From an uncultured Acidobacteriota bacterium (GTDB lineage Bacteria; Acidobacteriota; Thermoanaerobaculia; UBA5066): a stretch of 64,000 nucleotides of DNA. This document shows, one piece after another, positions 27,391 to 37,586 of the stretch (position 1 is the first letter of the stretch; each line of letters starts with the position of its first letter). The notes beneath the pieces were generated by a model, which saw only the letters and a program-made list of their open reading frames with translations, was not told where the DNA came from and did no database searches. The position numbers and the translations under genes were made by a program. The stretch covers positions 2,112,001 through 2,176,000 of the forward strand of contig CAVZYA010000001.1 in NCBI GenBank assembly GCA_963779415.1, read 5' to 3'.

Positions 27391-28224
27391 ATGGAAGAAG
27401 CGTACCGGGCGCTCCTGAAGAACACGGACTGGCTGTACGTCGTCGTCTACCGGAACGGCGTCTTCTTCTGGGACCTCTGGTCGTTCCACCACGTCTGGAG
27501 CGGAATCGTCCTGATGGCCGCCATGATGCGCGCCCGGGTCCGCCGGCCGGTCGCCTGGCTCGTGGTCCTTCTGACCGGCTACGAGCTTCTCGAGTTGGTT
27601 CTCCTCGTGATGTCCATTCACACCTTCCAGCCCGAGATGCTCCTCGACAAGCTCTGCGACGTGATCGTGGGGTGCGCCGGTGGCGCCGTCGCGTGGTGGG
27701 GCCTTCCGGCGCTTCAGCGGGCCTCGGCCCGGAGAAACGGGGATCTCGTCGTGACCGCGACGGCGGGGGGCTTCGCGGCGGTGTCGATCGCGTTCGAGTG
27801 GGTCGGATTCTACGGGTACACCTACAACGTGGCGGAGCTGAACTCGCCCGGGATCAACTGGTGGGCGTTCACGTTCTGGGCTGCCGGCCTGACCGTGCTT
27901 CTGCTGGCGAACACCCTCCTCGGTCGCCGCGTCCCGAATCCGGCGATGCGCCTCCCGATCGTCATGGCCGGGTACGCGATCGGCCTTCTCGCCCTGGAGT
28001 ACGCCGGAGATGCCGTTCTCGGAATCCACGAGGCACGGAGCGCCCTCTACCCGCCGCTTCTCTTCGGCCTGATCCACGGGAGCGGCGCCCTGAGGATCTT
28101 CTATTGTGGCGCGGGCCTCGCGGCGATCCTGGGACAGGACCTGGTGGAGCGGCTGCTGGGAATTGGCGCCCGGGACGAGACGATTCGGGTGCCGTCATCC
28201 GTTTCGACCGTGACGTCTTCCTGA
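27391..28224 (+). CDS. hypothetical multi-pass membrane protein
   Basis: Several hydrophobic helices; DLWSFHH...YELLE...E..DK..D pattern reminiscent of DUF2585. Confidence 0.7.
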   Translation: MEEAYRALLKNTDWLYVVVYRNGVFFWDLWSFHHVWSGIVLMAAMMRARVRRPVAWLVVLLTGYELLELVLLVMSIHTFQPEMLLDKLCDVIVGCAGGAVAWWGLPALQRASARRNGDLVVTATAGGFAAVSIAFEWVGFYGYTYNVAELNSPGINWWAFTFWAAGLTVLLLANTLLGRRVPNPAMRLPIVMAGYAIGLLALEYAGDAVLGIHEARSALYPPLLFGLIHGSGALRIFYCGAGLAAILGQDLVERLLGIGARDETIRVPSSVSTVTSS

Positions 28225-28362
28225 CTGCGCGAGCGGGGGCGATGCTCCTCTCTCTGTCGGGGATTCCCATCGACTCCATGTGGAATAGGATCGGCACACG
28301 GACCCTGCTCCTGGCATCGTTTCCGCAAATCGGCCACATCTGACCGGCAGAAGGAGGGCACG

Positions 28363-29013
28363 ATGATTCTGATAGCCGCTCTTCCCGTCGTCCTCGCCAT
28401 GGCTCCACCGCAACAGCCCCCCAAGATCCAGAAGGCGATGCATGCCGTCGAGTGGACGGACCCGGCGGGCGACGTCCGTCCCGGCAACACGAGCGACGGA
28501 CCGCGTCCGGGCCTCGACGTCGTCAACCTCGCCCTGGCCAGCGACGGGACGAAGCTCACCATCACCGCGACCTTGAAGGGCCCGATGAGCGGCGACTTCG
28601 CCTCGGACGTCGTGCAGGTCTACATCGACACCGACAACGACCAAAAGACCGGGGCCGAGACGTTCTGGAGCAAGAAGCCCGGCTTCGAACTCCTCGCGAA
28701 GCTCTCGGCCTGCGTGAGCTACGAAAACGGCGGAAGCGCGTGCTCGGGAGCCCTGACGGGCGCGAAGGTGAAGGGCTACTACGCCGTGGCCACCCTCGCC
28801 CGGTTCAAGGCGGACCCCGTGAACCCCGAGAAAGTGGTCGGCGCCTTCGACGCCCCCGCCGTCCCCTTCCAGGGAGCCGTTCTCTCGGCGAGCCTCACCT
28901 ACAAGGACCTCGGCGTGAAACCCGGCCAGGCGATCCGGATTGTCGCGAGGGAGTCCGACGGCCCGTCCGACGAGTCGGCCGACTTCCCGGAGGTGATCCT
29001 GACGCTGAAGTGA
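28363..29013 (+). CDS. hypothetical secreted protein
   Basis: AAGGAGG RBS, signal peptide, DPAGDV...LDVV...VYIDTDND beta-rich pattern, host-like codon usage. Confidence 0.8.
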   Translation: MILIAALPVVLAMAPPQQPPKIQKAMHAVEWTDPAGDVRPGNTSDGPRPGLDVVNLALASDGTKLTITATLKGPMSGDFASDVVQVYIDTDNDQKTGAETFWSKKPGFELLAKLSACVSYENGGSACSGALTGAKVKGYYAVATLARFKADPVNPEKVVGAFDAPAVPFQGAVLSASLTYKDLGVKPGQAIRIVARESDGPSDESADFPEVILTLK

Positions 29014-29119
29014 TCGCCCGACCGTCGCCGTCCTTGCGGAGCTACCTGGCCAAGAACGGGGTCAGGACCCGAAGAAGGCAGGATCCCGTTCTCGGCGATG
29101 TCGTCGTCCGACCTCGGCC

Positions 29120-30838
29120 TCAGTGCCGCCGCCAGTCCTCGGCCAGCGCCTGGAAGATCACGCACTTGTGCAGCCGCCCGAGCAGCCGGCGATCCGACGG
29201 GCCCGCGATCACCGGCAGCCAGTCGACTCCGCTGCGTGCGAAGACCAGGAAAGCGGCTCCCAGAGAAAGTTCGGGCGTGAGGAAGGGGTAGTCCCGACTC
29301 ACAAGGTCGCCTGCCCGCCGGTGGCCGGGTCTCTCTTCCTCCGCCAACGCCGTCGCGATGCTTTCGACCGGCAGGACTCCGACCACTCCACCGGCGTCGT
29401 CCACGACAAGCACCCTGGCCTCCCGGCACGTCCTCATCTTGTCGATCAGCGCGCTCAGGTCCGCCCCGGCGGCTATGGTTGGCGACTCGCTCTCAACGAA
29501 GTCGCGCACGGCCGCTCCGGCCAGTTTGCCCGCCAGCCGCTCCGTTTCCTTCGAGCGCAGCGATTGCGCGTAAATCGATTCGCTGTTGAGGTGGGTCCGT
29601 GAAACGTAGTACGCCATCACACAGCCGAGCATGAGCGGCAGCACGATCTCGTAGTCGAGCGTCATCTCGAAGATCATAAGGATCGACATGACCGGCGCCT
29701 GGGTCACGGCTGCCAGGAAGGCTCCCATCCCGATCACCGCGTAGGTGTCCGGCCCCGCCGTCACGCCCGGAAACATCGCATGGACGCCGGTCCCGAGTAG
29801 GAAACCAAGGGACGCGCCCACGAAGATGGTGGGGGTGAAAACCCCGCCTGTGGCCCCCGAGCCGGCGGTGGCCGCGGTCGCCACGACCTTGAAAACCAGC
29901 ACGGCGGCGACGACCTGCCACGCCAGGCGCGAGTGAAGAATCGCCGTGACCACACTATAGCCGTTGCCCCATATTTCCGGACGGACGGTGGAAAGAGCCC
30001 CGACGATCACACCGCCGAGCGCCAGCTTTGCAAACAGCGGCAGCCTCAGTCGCGAGAACCCTTTCTCGACCTCCGTGAGCACGAAAAGGAAGAGCGGCGC
30101 CGTGGCGCCACAGACGACGCCGAGGGCGAGATAAAAGAGCGTTTCCCATCCCGAGACGAAGCGTAACGGAGGGATTGCAAAGACCGGACCGAAACCGAAG
30201 AGCGTGCGCACCGTCGCTGAGGCGACCACCGAGGAGACGATCATCGGCCCGAGGCTTTCCATGGCTATCGAGCCGAGCACGATCTCGGCGACGAACAGGG
30301 CACCGGCGATCGGCGCGTTGTAGGCCGAGGCCAGGCCGGACGCGGCACCGCACGCCACCAGGAGTCTCATGCGCGATTCGCTGTGCGGCAGCAGCCGGCC
30401 CGTCACCGAGCCGACCAAAGCCGCCAGCTGCACCATCGAACCTTCGCGGCCGATGGAGCCGCCCGAGCCGATGGTCACGAGCGAGGAAGCGCTCTTGACC
30501 AGGCTCGTCCGTATACCGAGCACGCCGTCGCCGACGGCGACGGCTTCCATGTAATCGGTGGTCGTCCGCCCACGCACCAGATGAAGGCCCAGCTGCAGGA
30601 TCACCCCCGCCAGCAGCCCGCCGATCCCGGGGATGACCAGACGCTGCCACCAGAGCAGGGACTCGGCGGCCTCGACCAGGCCGGAGGTGTGCCCGGTGAA
30701 CAGCCACTCGACGCCGCGGATCGCCATCCGGAACGCCACCGTGACGAGGGCGCCCAACAGTCCGATCAACGCCGCAAGAGCCAGTGAGATGTGAATCTCT
30801 CGCAGGCGCGGACGGACGAACAGGCTCTCGTTTTTCAT
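29120..30838 (-). CDS. clcB: ClC-family chloride channel/antiporter with CBS pair
   Basis: GGSIGREG, AYNAPIAG, GGVFTP; C-terminal CBS-like domains. Confidence 0.88.
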   Translation of the reverse strand: MKNESLFVRPRLREIHISLALAALIGLLGALVTVAFRMAIRGVEWLFTGHTSGLVEAAESLLWWQRLVIPGIGGLLAGVILQLGLHLVRGRTTTDYMEAVAVGDGVLGIRTSLVKSASSLVTIGSGGSIGREGSMVQLAALVGSVTGRLLPHSESRMRLLVACGAASGLASAYNAPIAGALFVAEIVLGSIAMESLGPMIVSSVVASATVRTLFGFGPVFAIPPLRFVSGWETLFYLALGVVCGATAPLFLFVLTEVEKGFSRLRLPLFAKLALGGVIVGALSTVRPEIWGNGYSVVTAILHSRLAWQVVAAVLVFKVVATAATAGSGATGGVFTPTIFVGASLGFLLGTGVHAMFPGVTAGPDTYAVIGMGAFLAAVTQAPVMSILMIFEMTLDYEIVLPLMLGCVMAYYVSRTHLNSESIYAQSLRSKETERLAGKLAGAAVRDFVESESPTIAAGADLSALIDKMRTCREARVLVVDDAGGVVGVLPVESIATALAEEERPGHRRAGDLVSRDYPFLTPELSLGAAFLVFARSGVDWLPVIAGPSDRRLLGRLHKCVIFQALAEDWRRH

Positions 30839-30896
30839 CAGTCCTTACGGGCCCGTCCGTTCGCGAGCGGCGGCCCGGGTCTGCGGGATCGCGTTC

Positions 30897-32117
30897 ATGG
30901 GCCGCGTCATAGCGCCAAGGGGCCAGCGGGCGCAAGAGAATCCTTCGGAGGCCTCGTGCTCCGGTCGGACGACGTCGCACCCTTCCGCGACCCTCCACCC
31001 CAGAGAACTCGCCGGCGCGAACCGCTATTATCCAGCCCTTCGCATGCAGGTTCGGAACACGGCGCTCGGTATCCTCGGTTCCCGGTTGCGCGGGAGGCCG
31101 TTCTATGTCCGCTTCCAGGTCACACGACGCTGCAATTACCGCTGCCGGATGTGCGGTCAGGATCACGAGCGCGGTGATGAACTACAGACGAAGGAGATCG
31201 AGGTCGTCGCGAGGCGGCTCGCTGGAGTCGGTGCCCGTCATCTGGTGCTGACCGGCGGCGAGCCCTTCCTGCGGTCCGACCTGCCGGAGATCATCTCCAT
31301 TTTCCGGCGTCACGGGTTTTCGATCCGCGTACAGACCAACGGCGGCCCGCAGGTCGGGGAGGAAGTCTTCTCCCGCTGCGTCGAAGCCGGTCTTCGGGAC
31401 GTCAGCGTCTCCATCGATACCCTGGACCCCGCCCTGCAGGACGACATCTGCCAGGCCCGCGACGTCGGCAAGCATGCCTTGAGGACGCTGCTGATGGCTC
31501 GCCGATTTCTTCCAGACAGCTTGTCCCTCGCCAACATCGTCGCCTCGTCGTACAACTTCGACGAGCTACCGACCCTGGTGCGTCGCTTCCATGCGATCGG
31601 GGTATACACGTACATCACACCGGTGATGATCGGCACGGAGGAGAACGGCGACTATCGCTTCCGCGCCAATGGCGCCGGGTTCACGGTCCGCCACGGGAAC
31701 GACGCCCACCGCCTGTGTGTCATCGACGAGCTCATCGCCTTGCGGCGGGGCGGCTACAGCCTCACCAACTCGACGCGCCATCTTCGCGATTACCGGCACT
31801 ACCTCGAGACCGGAATCTGCACATGGCGTTGCGAAGCCGGGGCACTTGGCCTCGACGTCTTTCCCGACGGTGGGGTGAGCATCTGTAAGGAGAAGCCTCC
31901 GTTCGGAAATATCCTTGACCCCGCCTTCGTCAAGGCGTATGCCGGGGGCGCCTTCCGCAATCGGAATGAGCTCACGGCTGCCGGGTGCAGCGGCTGCTTC
32001 TACGGCGAGTACCGCGAACCGCAATACGCGATCCGGAACGCGTCGGTGCTGGCCGAATGGGTGTTCGACTATTTCCGCACGTTCCGCCACGGCATGAGGT
32101 TCAACCGAGACGTGTAG
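30897..32117 (+). CDS. radical SAM protein with C-terminal SPASM/twitch-like Cys
   Basis: CNYRCRMC, TGGEP, TNG, VSIDT; CEAG...C...CSGC; start could be 31044. Confidence 0.88.
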   Translation: MGRVIAPRGQRAQENPSEASCSGRTTSHPSATLHPRELAGANRYYPALRMQVRNTALGILGSRLRGRPFYVRFQVTRRCNYRCRMCGQDHERGDELQTKEIEVVARRLAGVGARHLVLTGGEPFLRSDLPEIISIFRRHGFSIRVQTNGGPQVGEEVFSRCVEAGLRDVSVSIDTLDPALQDDICQARDVGKHALRTLLMARRFLPDSLSLANIVASSYNFDELPTLVRRFHAIGVYTYITPVMIGTEENGDYRFRANGAGFTVRHGNDAHRLCVIDELIALRRGGYSLTNSTRHLRDYRHYLETGICTWRCEAGALGLDVFPDGGVSICKEKPPFGNILDPAFVKAYAGGAFRNRNELTAAGCSGCFYGEYREPQYAIRNASVLAEWVFDYFRTFRHGMRFNRDV

Positions 32118-32232
32118 GGGCTCACCGGGAATTGCCGGGAGCCATTCCGCATGGGAGCCGGCTTCCCACCGCTTGCCGCAGGTCCCATTGCGGCCCTGCA
32201 CCACCCCGAAATCAGACTTCCTGTCTCTGCAC

Positions 32233-34293
32233 TTACCAGACCTTACAAATCTTCTCCGGAGGCTTCACCAGGGCGGCACCGCCCTTGCACTTGAAGGCTT
32301 CCGCAAACTCCGGCATGTTGACGACAACGCCGTTGATCCGGTACCTGCCGGGGGAGTGCGGGTTCGTCACCGCCATCACACGCAGGTTCTCCGGCCGCTC
32401 GTTCTCGGACGCCCACTGCGCCAGGCCGACGAAGAAACGCTGCTCGGGCGTGAGCCCGTCCCTGGTTTCGAGCTTCTCGCCCTTCGTCGCTTCTTTCCAG
32501 GCGGCCCACGCGAGAATCGTGCCGCCGAGGTCGGCGATGTCCTCGCCCGACGTCAGCTTCCCGTTGATCCTGATGTCGTCAACGACGACGTACTGCGAGT
32601 ACTGGTCGCGGATGCAGTTCGCGCGCTTCTCGAACTCCTCACCGTCCATTCTGGTCCACCACTCGCGCAGGTTGCCATTGCCGTCGTACTGGCGCCCCTC
32701 GTCGTCGAAGCCGTGTGTCAGCTCGTGGCCGATCGTGGAGCCGGTGTTTCCGTAGTTGGGCGCGTCATCCAGCTTCATGTCGAACAGCGGCGGCATCAAC
32801 ACGCCGGCCGGGAAGTTGATGTCGTTCATCGAAGGGTTGTAGTAGGCGTTGACGGTCGGCGGCGTCATGACCCACTCGCCGCGGTCCACGGGTTTGCCGA
32901 TCTTGGCCATCTGGCGCCTGGTCTCGAAGACGGTCGCGTTCGACACGTTGCCGAAGTAGTCGGCCGGGCTGATGCGCACCGAGGAGTAGTCCCGCCACAC
33001 GTCCGGATAGCCGACCTTGGTGCGGACCTTGCCCAGCTTGTCGATCGCCTGCGCCCTGGTCTTGTCGCTCATCCAGTCGAGGCCCTGGATCCGGGTCTTC
33101 ATGGCCGCCAGGATCAGGTTCGTCATCGCCGCCGTCTTCGCCTTGTTCTCGGGCGGGAAGACGCGGTCCACGAACTCCTTGCCGAGAGCCTCGCCGAGAT
33201 CGCGGTCCGCGCCCCCGACACACTTCTTCCAGCGCGGTGGCTGTTCCTTCACGCCGCGCAGCGTCACGCGGTAGAAGGCGAAGTGCTCGTCGACGAAAGC
33301 TTTCGAGAGGTCATCGGCCTTCGCGTTAACAAGGGTCCAGCGCAGGTAGGTCTTGATGTCGCCGAGCGGCTCGGACTTCAGGCGCGTCTGCACCTCCTGG
33401 AAGAACGCCGGCTGCGAGACGTTCAACCACGCTCCCGGCTTGCCGCCCAGGCCCGCAAAGTAGGCGTCCCAGTCGATGGAGGGGATGAGCGTGTGCAGCT
33501 CCGCAGGCGTAAAGCGATGGTAGACCTTGTACGGGTCGCGACGCTCGACGCGGGTCAGCGAGGCCTTCGCAAGCGCCGTTTCGATGCGCAGGACCGTCGC
33601 CGCGCCCTTCTTCGCGGTTTCCGGCGTATCGCCCAGGAGCTCGAGCATCTTCGCGATGTGGTCGACGTACCTGGCGCGGATCTCCTTCGACTTGTCGTCG
33701 CCCTTGACGTAGTAGTCGCGGTCGGGAAGGCCCAGGCCTCCCGCGTACAGGGCCACGATCTGCTGCGAGGAATCCTTCGCGTCCTGTTCGACACCGGTCG
33801 CGAAGAGAACCTCCTGCGAGGTGATCCGCCCGTGAATCGACCCGAGATAATCGCCGAGATCCTTGACCGACGTCATGGCGGCAATTCGGTCGAGATCGGC
33901 CTTGAGGGGCGTGATCCCCGCCTTCTCGATCGCGCCCACGTCCATGCAAGCCGCGAAGTAGTCGCCAATCTTCTGCTGCGTCGCGTTGCGCGTCGCGCTC
34001 TGCCTCGCGTTCTCCTGGAGGATTCCCCAGAGGTAGCGTTTGTTTTCCTGGTAGAGCTTCCCGTATACGCTCCAGCTGGCCTGATCCGGGGGAATCGGGT
34101 TGTTCTTCAGCCAGCCGCCGCAGGCGTACTGGTAGAAGTCCTGACAGGGATCCGCCGAGCGGTCCATCGCGTTCACGTCGAGGCTGGGCGTGTACGGCAG
34201 CTCGGTGAACGGGGTGTCCTGCCCGAGGGCGGGGAGCGAGGCGGCCAGGACGCCGAACGCGATCAGCACGGACAGAGCGAAACGACGATTCAT
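32233..34293 (-). CDS. M13 family metalloendopeptidase
   Basis: Signal peptide, DPCQDFYQYACG, VNAYY, GHELTH, GEDIADLGG, HSP. Confidence 0.95.
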   Translation of the reverse strand: MNRRFALSVLIAFGVLAASLPALGQDTPFTELPYTPSLDVNAMDRSADPCQDFYQYACGGWLKNNPIPPDQASWSVYGKLYQENKRYLWGILQENARQSATRNATQQKIGDYFAACMDVGAIEKAGITPLKADLDRIAAMTSVKDLGDYLGSIHGRITSQEVLFATGVEQDAKDSSQQIVALYAGGLGLPDRDYYVKGDDKSKEIRARYVDHIAKMLELLGDTPETAKKGAATVLRIETALAKASLTRVERRDPYKVYHRFTPAELHTLIPSIDWDAYFAGLGGKPGAWLNVSQPAFFQEVQTRLKSEPLGDIKTYLRWTLVNAKADDLSKAFVDEHFAFYRVTLRGVKEQPPRWKKCVGGADRDLGEALGKEFVDRVFPPENKAKTAAMTNLILAAMKTRIQGLDWMSDKTRAQAIDKLGKVRTKVGYPDVWRDYSSVRISPADYFGNVSNATVFETRRQMAKIGKPVDRGEWVMTPPTVNAYYNPSMNDINFPAGVLMPPLFDMKLDDAPNYGNTGSTIGHELTHGFDDEGRQYDGNGNLREWWTRMDGEEFEKRANCIRDQYSQYVVVDDIRINGKLTSGEDIADLGGTILAWAAWKEATKGEKLETRDGLTPEQRFFVGLAQWASENERPENLRVMAVTNPHSPGRYRINGVVVNMPEFAEAFKCKGGAALVKPPEKICKVW

Positions 34294-34484
34294 CGGGATC
34301 TCCTTCGACCGAAGCGACGAGCCTGATTGCGCATCCTGATGCACGGTAGTCTATCGTCGGCGAGGGAAACCGGGCCCGGCAGGCCGTCCTCGTCAACCTC
34401 GACCCGGCGTTGAAGCCGGGGCCGGCCGAGAAGGCGGGCCCGAAGTAAGGAAGAAGACCGAAGGAGTCCCATGCCCCGTTCTGA

Positions 34485-34512
34485 TTGACAGCGGGGTCCC
34501 GCCCGATAAGCT
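34485..34512 (+). promoter_or_regulatory. sigma70-like promoter
   Basis: TTGACA-N16-TAAGCT upstream of 34538/34651. Confidence 0.45.
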
Positions 34513-34650
34513 CATCCGGCGTCCGGAGGACCGAGCCATGACCCATCGCGGAGCCCTGCGCGGCCGGAGCGGCAACGGGCTTCTCGACGAGCAAGCTCCG
34601 AGGGGAGTTCAGGCGCTCACAGCCTCTCTGACGACGGGACGGAGGCGAGC

Positions 34651-35511
34651 ATGGATCCAACTCCAGGCGACCCCTTTGAGGCTGCCTCCAATCGAAGAGG
34701 CTGCCTGGCCCTCTACGGCATCTGGGCTGTCTTCACGGCCTTCGTGGTCGGGTTCCTGCTCCTGACGAGCAAGGGACCCGGCGATGCGGTCTTCTTCGGA
34801 GTCATCCTCATCCTCCTCCCCGGGGTCATGTACCTCAGCCAGCAGCGGGAGATTCGTCTCATCTCCGCCGCGGCCTCGAGGCTCGGCTTTCGCCTTCGAA
34901 ACATCTCGTGGCAGAACGACGAGCCGCGCCTCGAGCCTCGGTTCGAGCAAGAGGCGGTGGGAAGCCGCTGGAATTACGACGCCCTCGAGGGATGGCGCGA
35001 CGGGTCGGACGTGGTCGTCTACGACGCGGCGTACCTCGTCTATGCCGAACGTCGTCGGGGTTCTCCCGTCAAGGCCCTCGGGGTCATCTGGTCCCTCCCG
35101 GGCGCGGCCTTCCCGAGACTCGTCGTTCACGGCTCGGCCACGCACCAGGTCCTCGTTCTCGCGCGGGACGGGTCCGGCGGGGATTCCTTCGTGCTTTCAG
35201 CCTCGCCGCCTCTCGGTCCCGCCTCGCCTCTCCCGGACTTCGAGAAGCGGTTCTCCTGCTTCGGCGAGAAGGGAGCCGAGTTGCTCCTGACGGAGGCTGT
35301 TCAGCGGGTCCTTATCGACCTGCCGCCCGTGAGCCGGCTCCTCGTCGAGGGCTCGCGCCTCCGATGGGAAACAGAGCCCACGCTATTCTCAGGACGGCTC
35401 GGGCGCAGGGCCGAGTGGCTTCTCGACAGGACGCTGCCGCTCCGGGACGCACTGCGGGAGGCGCTGCCCCTGCTCCAGTGGCGGTCACTCTCCAACAGCG
35501 AAGGGTACTGA
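34651..35511 (+). CDS. hypothetical protein with two N-terminal TM helices
   Basis: GGAGG RBS, 286-aa ORF, two hydrophobic helices then a soluble domain. Confidence 0.7.
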   Translation: MDPTPGDPFEAASNRRGCLALYGIWAVFTAFVVGFLLLTSKGPGDAVFFGVILILLPGVMYLSQQREIRLISAAASRLGFRLRNISWQNDEPRLEPRFEQEAVGSRWNYDALEGWRDGSDVVVYDAAYLVYAERRRGSPVKALGVIWSLPGAAFPRLVVHGSATHQVLVLARDGSGGDSFVLSASPPLGPASPLPDFEKRFSCFGEKGAELLLTEAVQRVLIDLPPVSRLLVEGSRLRWETEPTLFSGRLGRRAEWLLDRTLPLRDALREALPLLQWRSLSNSEGY

Positions 35512-36021
35512 ACTCCGTCGACGGGCGCGCAGAAACCCCTCTGACGACACGCCCTTTAGACGCGAAACCCCGCGAGGGGCCTCGCGAGGTATGGGTTAAC
35601 CACGAACCTTCGTGAGGTTCGCGGTCTGTAATCCTCTTCGCTCCAGAGAGTTACGCAGGCAGACTCAATCAGGCCGAGGAGTGCCACCCCCGATGAGCAG
35701 CGAGCGCCGGAACGCGCCGAAATCCGCACGCAGAGCGGAGAGCTTACGCGAGAGGCTGGTCTCCTGGCGCCAGGATGGGTCGCAATTCCGATTGGGTTCC
35801 CGCAGGGGCCGGCAAGTCGTCGCGGCTAAGGCATCTGCATTAGAATATCCGACGCGGTACCGCCTAGGATTGCCGCACGTCGGGAGTTTCGTACTCGGCA
35901 GCGAGATTTGACCCATACGGAGATTCGGCGTTCCGCGAAGCCGATCGTCGCCAACGGGGCGCCAGGAAAGCAACAGCGGCTCGTGGGCTCTGGTGAAGCC
36001 CGGAAAAGGGGAAGGAACACT

Positions 36022-37296
36022 ATGCTGATCAAACGCCTGTCCATCCTACTGCTCGCCGTGGCAGCGTCCGGGAGGGCCTTCGCCGCCGAGCCGCCTGGCC
36101 TGCAGATCCGGACGACCCGGCCCGACGCCACCGTGACGTTCGAGAAGAGCGTGGCGGACGGCAAGGCTCTCGTGAGTGTCCTGGACGCCAAGCAAGAGCC
36201 GGTGCTCGGGCTGACCATCAAGGACTTCGCGGTGGCGCGAGCCGGCGAGGCTGCGAAGGTCGTCTCGGTCGAGCCGATCGACCAGACCATCGACGTCCCC
36301 CGCCACGTCGTGCTGGTCGTGGACAACTCGTACTCGCTGGAGGAGCGCAAGGTCATCGCGAAGGAGCTCCAGGAGCTCGGCGCAGTGCTCAAGACCATCC
36401 GGCCGATCGACGACGTGCAGATGGTCGTCATGCGCGACGGGAAGACGGTGAAGATGGGCGGCCGCAACCTGCACGTGGAGGTCTTCAAGTCGAACAAGCC
36501 TTCCGAGCTGGAGGCGTTTGCAGCCAAGGCCTGCAGCAAGAAGAGCGTCACCGACAATACCTATCTCAACGAGGAGACGTTCGCGGGCGTCGAGCTCATC
36601 AAGGGAACGCCGGCCGACGGCCCCCGCTTCCTGTGGGTCTTCACGGACGGCGAAGAGCTCAACAGCGCGTTCAAGAGCGACGTCGTCACCCAGGCGGCGC
36701 AGGGAGTCGGAAACTTCAGTGTGCTCGCAATCGACTGCATGCCGGGCCCGAACATCGACGGGTTCCTGGAGAAGTTCGCCAGCCAGAATCACGGTCAGGC
36801 CAGGAAGGCCGGGAAGGGGGCCGATCTCGTGGCGCTCTTCCAGCAGGCCGCCACGAAGACGGAGCACCACTACGCCGTCAGCTGGGAGTTCCCGCCGCCG
36901 CCTCCGGTGGCGAGTGTCGCACCCCCGCCTCCGGCTCCGAAGACCATGGTCTTTCAGGCGGCGGCTCTGTTCGGCTTCAACAAGTGGAACCTGACGCCCG
37001 AGGCGAAGGAAAAGATCAAGGAATATCGCGAGCAGGTCAGAGAAGACTTGAGCCGTGCCGACAAGGCGAAGGTCACCGGGTACACGGACAACATCGGCAC
37101 GGAGGCCTATAACAAGAAGCTGTCGCTGCGGCGTGCCGAAGCCGTCCGCGATTACCTCGTCAGCCTCGGGGTCGATCCCGGAAAGCTGGAGGTCAGCGGA
37201 GAGGGCATGTCCAACCCGGTCGCTGACAACGGGACGGCGGAAGGTCGCGCGAAGAACCGCCGCGTCGAGGTCGAAGTCATCGGCCTGGGTAAATAG
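36022..37296 (+). CDS. vWA-like domain plus OmpA-like C-terminal domain protein
   Basis: Signal peptide; MIDAS VVDNSYS and FTDG; Pro-rich linker; GYTDNIG, LSLRRAEAV, NRRVEV. Confidence 0.88.
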   Translation: MLIKRLSILLLAVAASGRAFAAEPPGLQIRTTRPDATVTFEKSVADGKALVSVLDAKQEPVLGLTIKDFAVARAGEAAKVVSVEPIDQTIDVPRHVVLVVDNSYSLEERKVIAKELQELGAVLKTIRPIDDVQMVVMRDGKTVKMGGRNLHVEVFKSNKPSELEAFAAKACSKKSVTDNTYLNEETFAGVELIKGTPADGPRFLWVFTDGEELNSAFKSDVVTQAAQGVGNFSVLAIDCMPGPNIDGFLEKFASQNHGQARKAGKGADLVALFQQAATKTEHHYAVSWEFPPPPPVASVAPPPPAPKTMVFQAAALFGFNKWNLTPEAKEKIKEYREQVREDLSRADKAKVTGYTDNIGTEAYNKKLSLRRAEAVRDYLVSLGVDPGKLEVSGEGMSNPVADNGTAEGRAKNRRVEVEVIGLGK

Positions 37297-37343
37297 AGCC
37301 CTCCGGACAGGGCACGCGGGTCGGCCCGTACGGGAGGATCGGA

Positions 37344-37389
37344 CTCCCCGTCCCGGGGTCAGCGGTCGCGCTGCAGCGGGGACGGGGAG
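37344..37389. terminator. GC-rich hairpin between convergent genes
   Basis: ctccccgtccc ... gggacggggag 11-bp stem with inner cagcg/cgctg pairing; no strong U tract. Confidence 0.4.
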
Positions 37390-37586
37390 CGGAAGCTTTC
37401 TTCTCGAAATGGGCCCGGGTCCTGGCGCGCGCGCCGGATAGTATTCCCGCGCCATGGTGCGCCTCGAACCGGGCTTCCCTGCCCGGGCGATGAGGCGCCG
37501 CGCGAGGTCCTGACGACGCCACTCGCCTTTTCGCCCCCACCGCACTACTCATTTCGGCCCTGAACCCTCAGGTGGATAGGTGCTCG

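Noticed and set aside
28313-28328. sigma54 promoter upstream of 28363
   Set aside because: GG-N10-GC is present but the -12 element (CCGC) is poor, and chance matches are common at this GC content.
30897-32117. Membrane-spanning or tetraether lipid synthase
   Set aside because: No B12-binding domain or family-specific features visible and no lipid genes adjacent.
35512-36021. Riboswitch or ncRNA in the 510-bp intergenic region
   Set aside because: Only short GC hairpins; I could not match c-di-GMP or other riboswitch consensus by eye. An Rfam/Infernal scan is needed.
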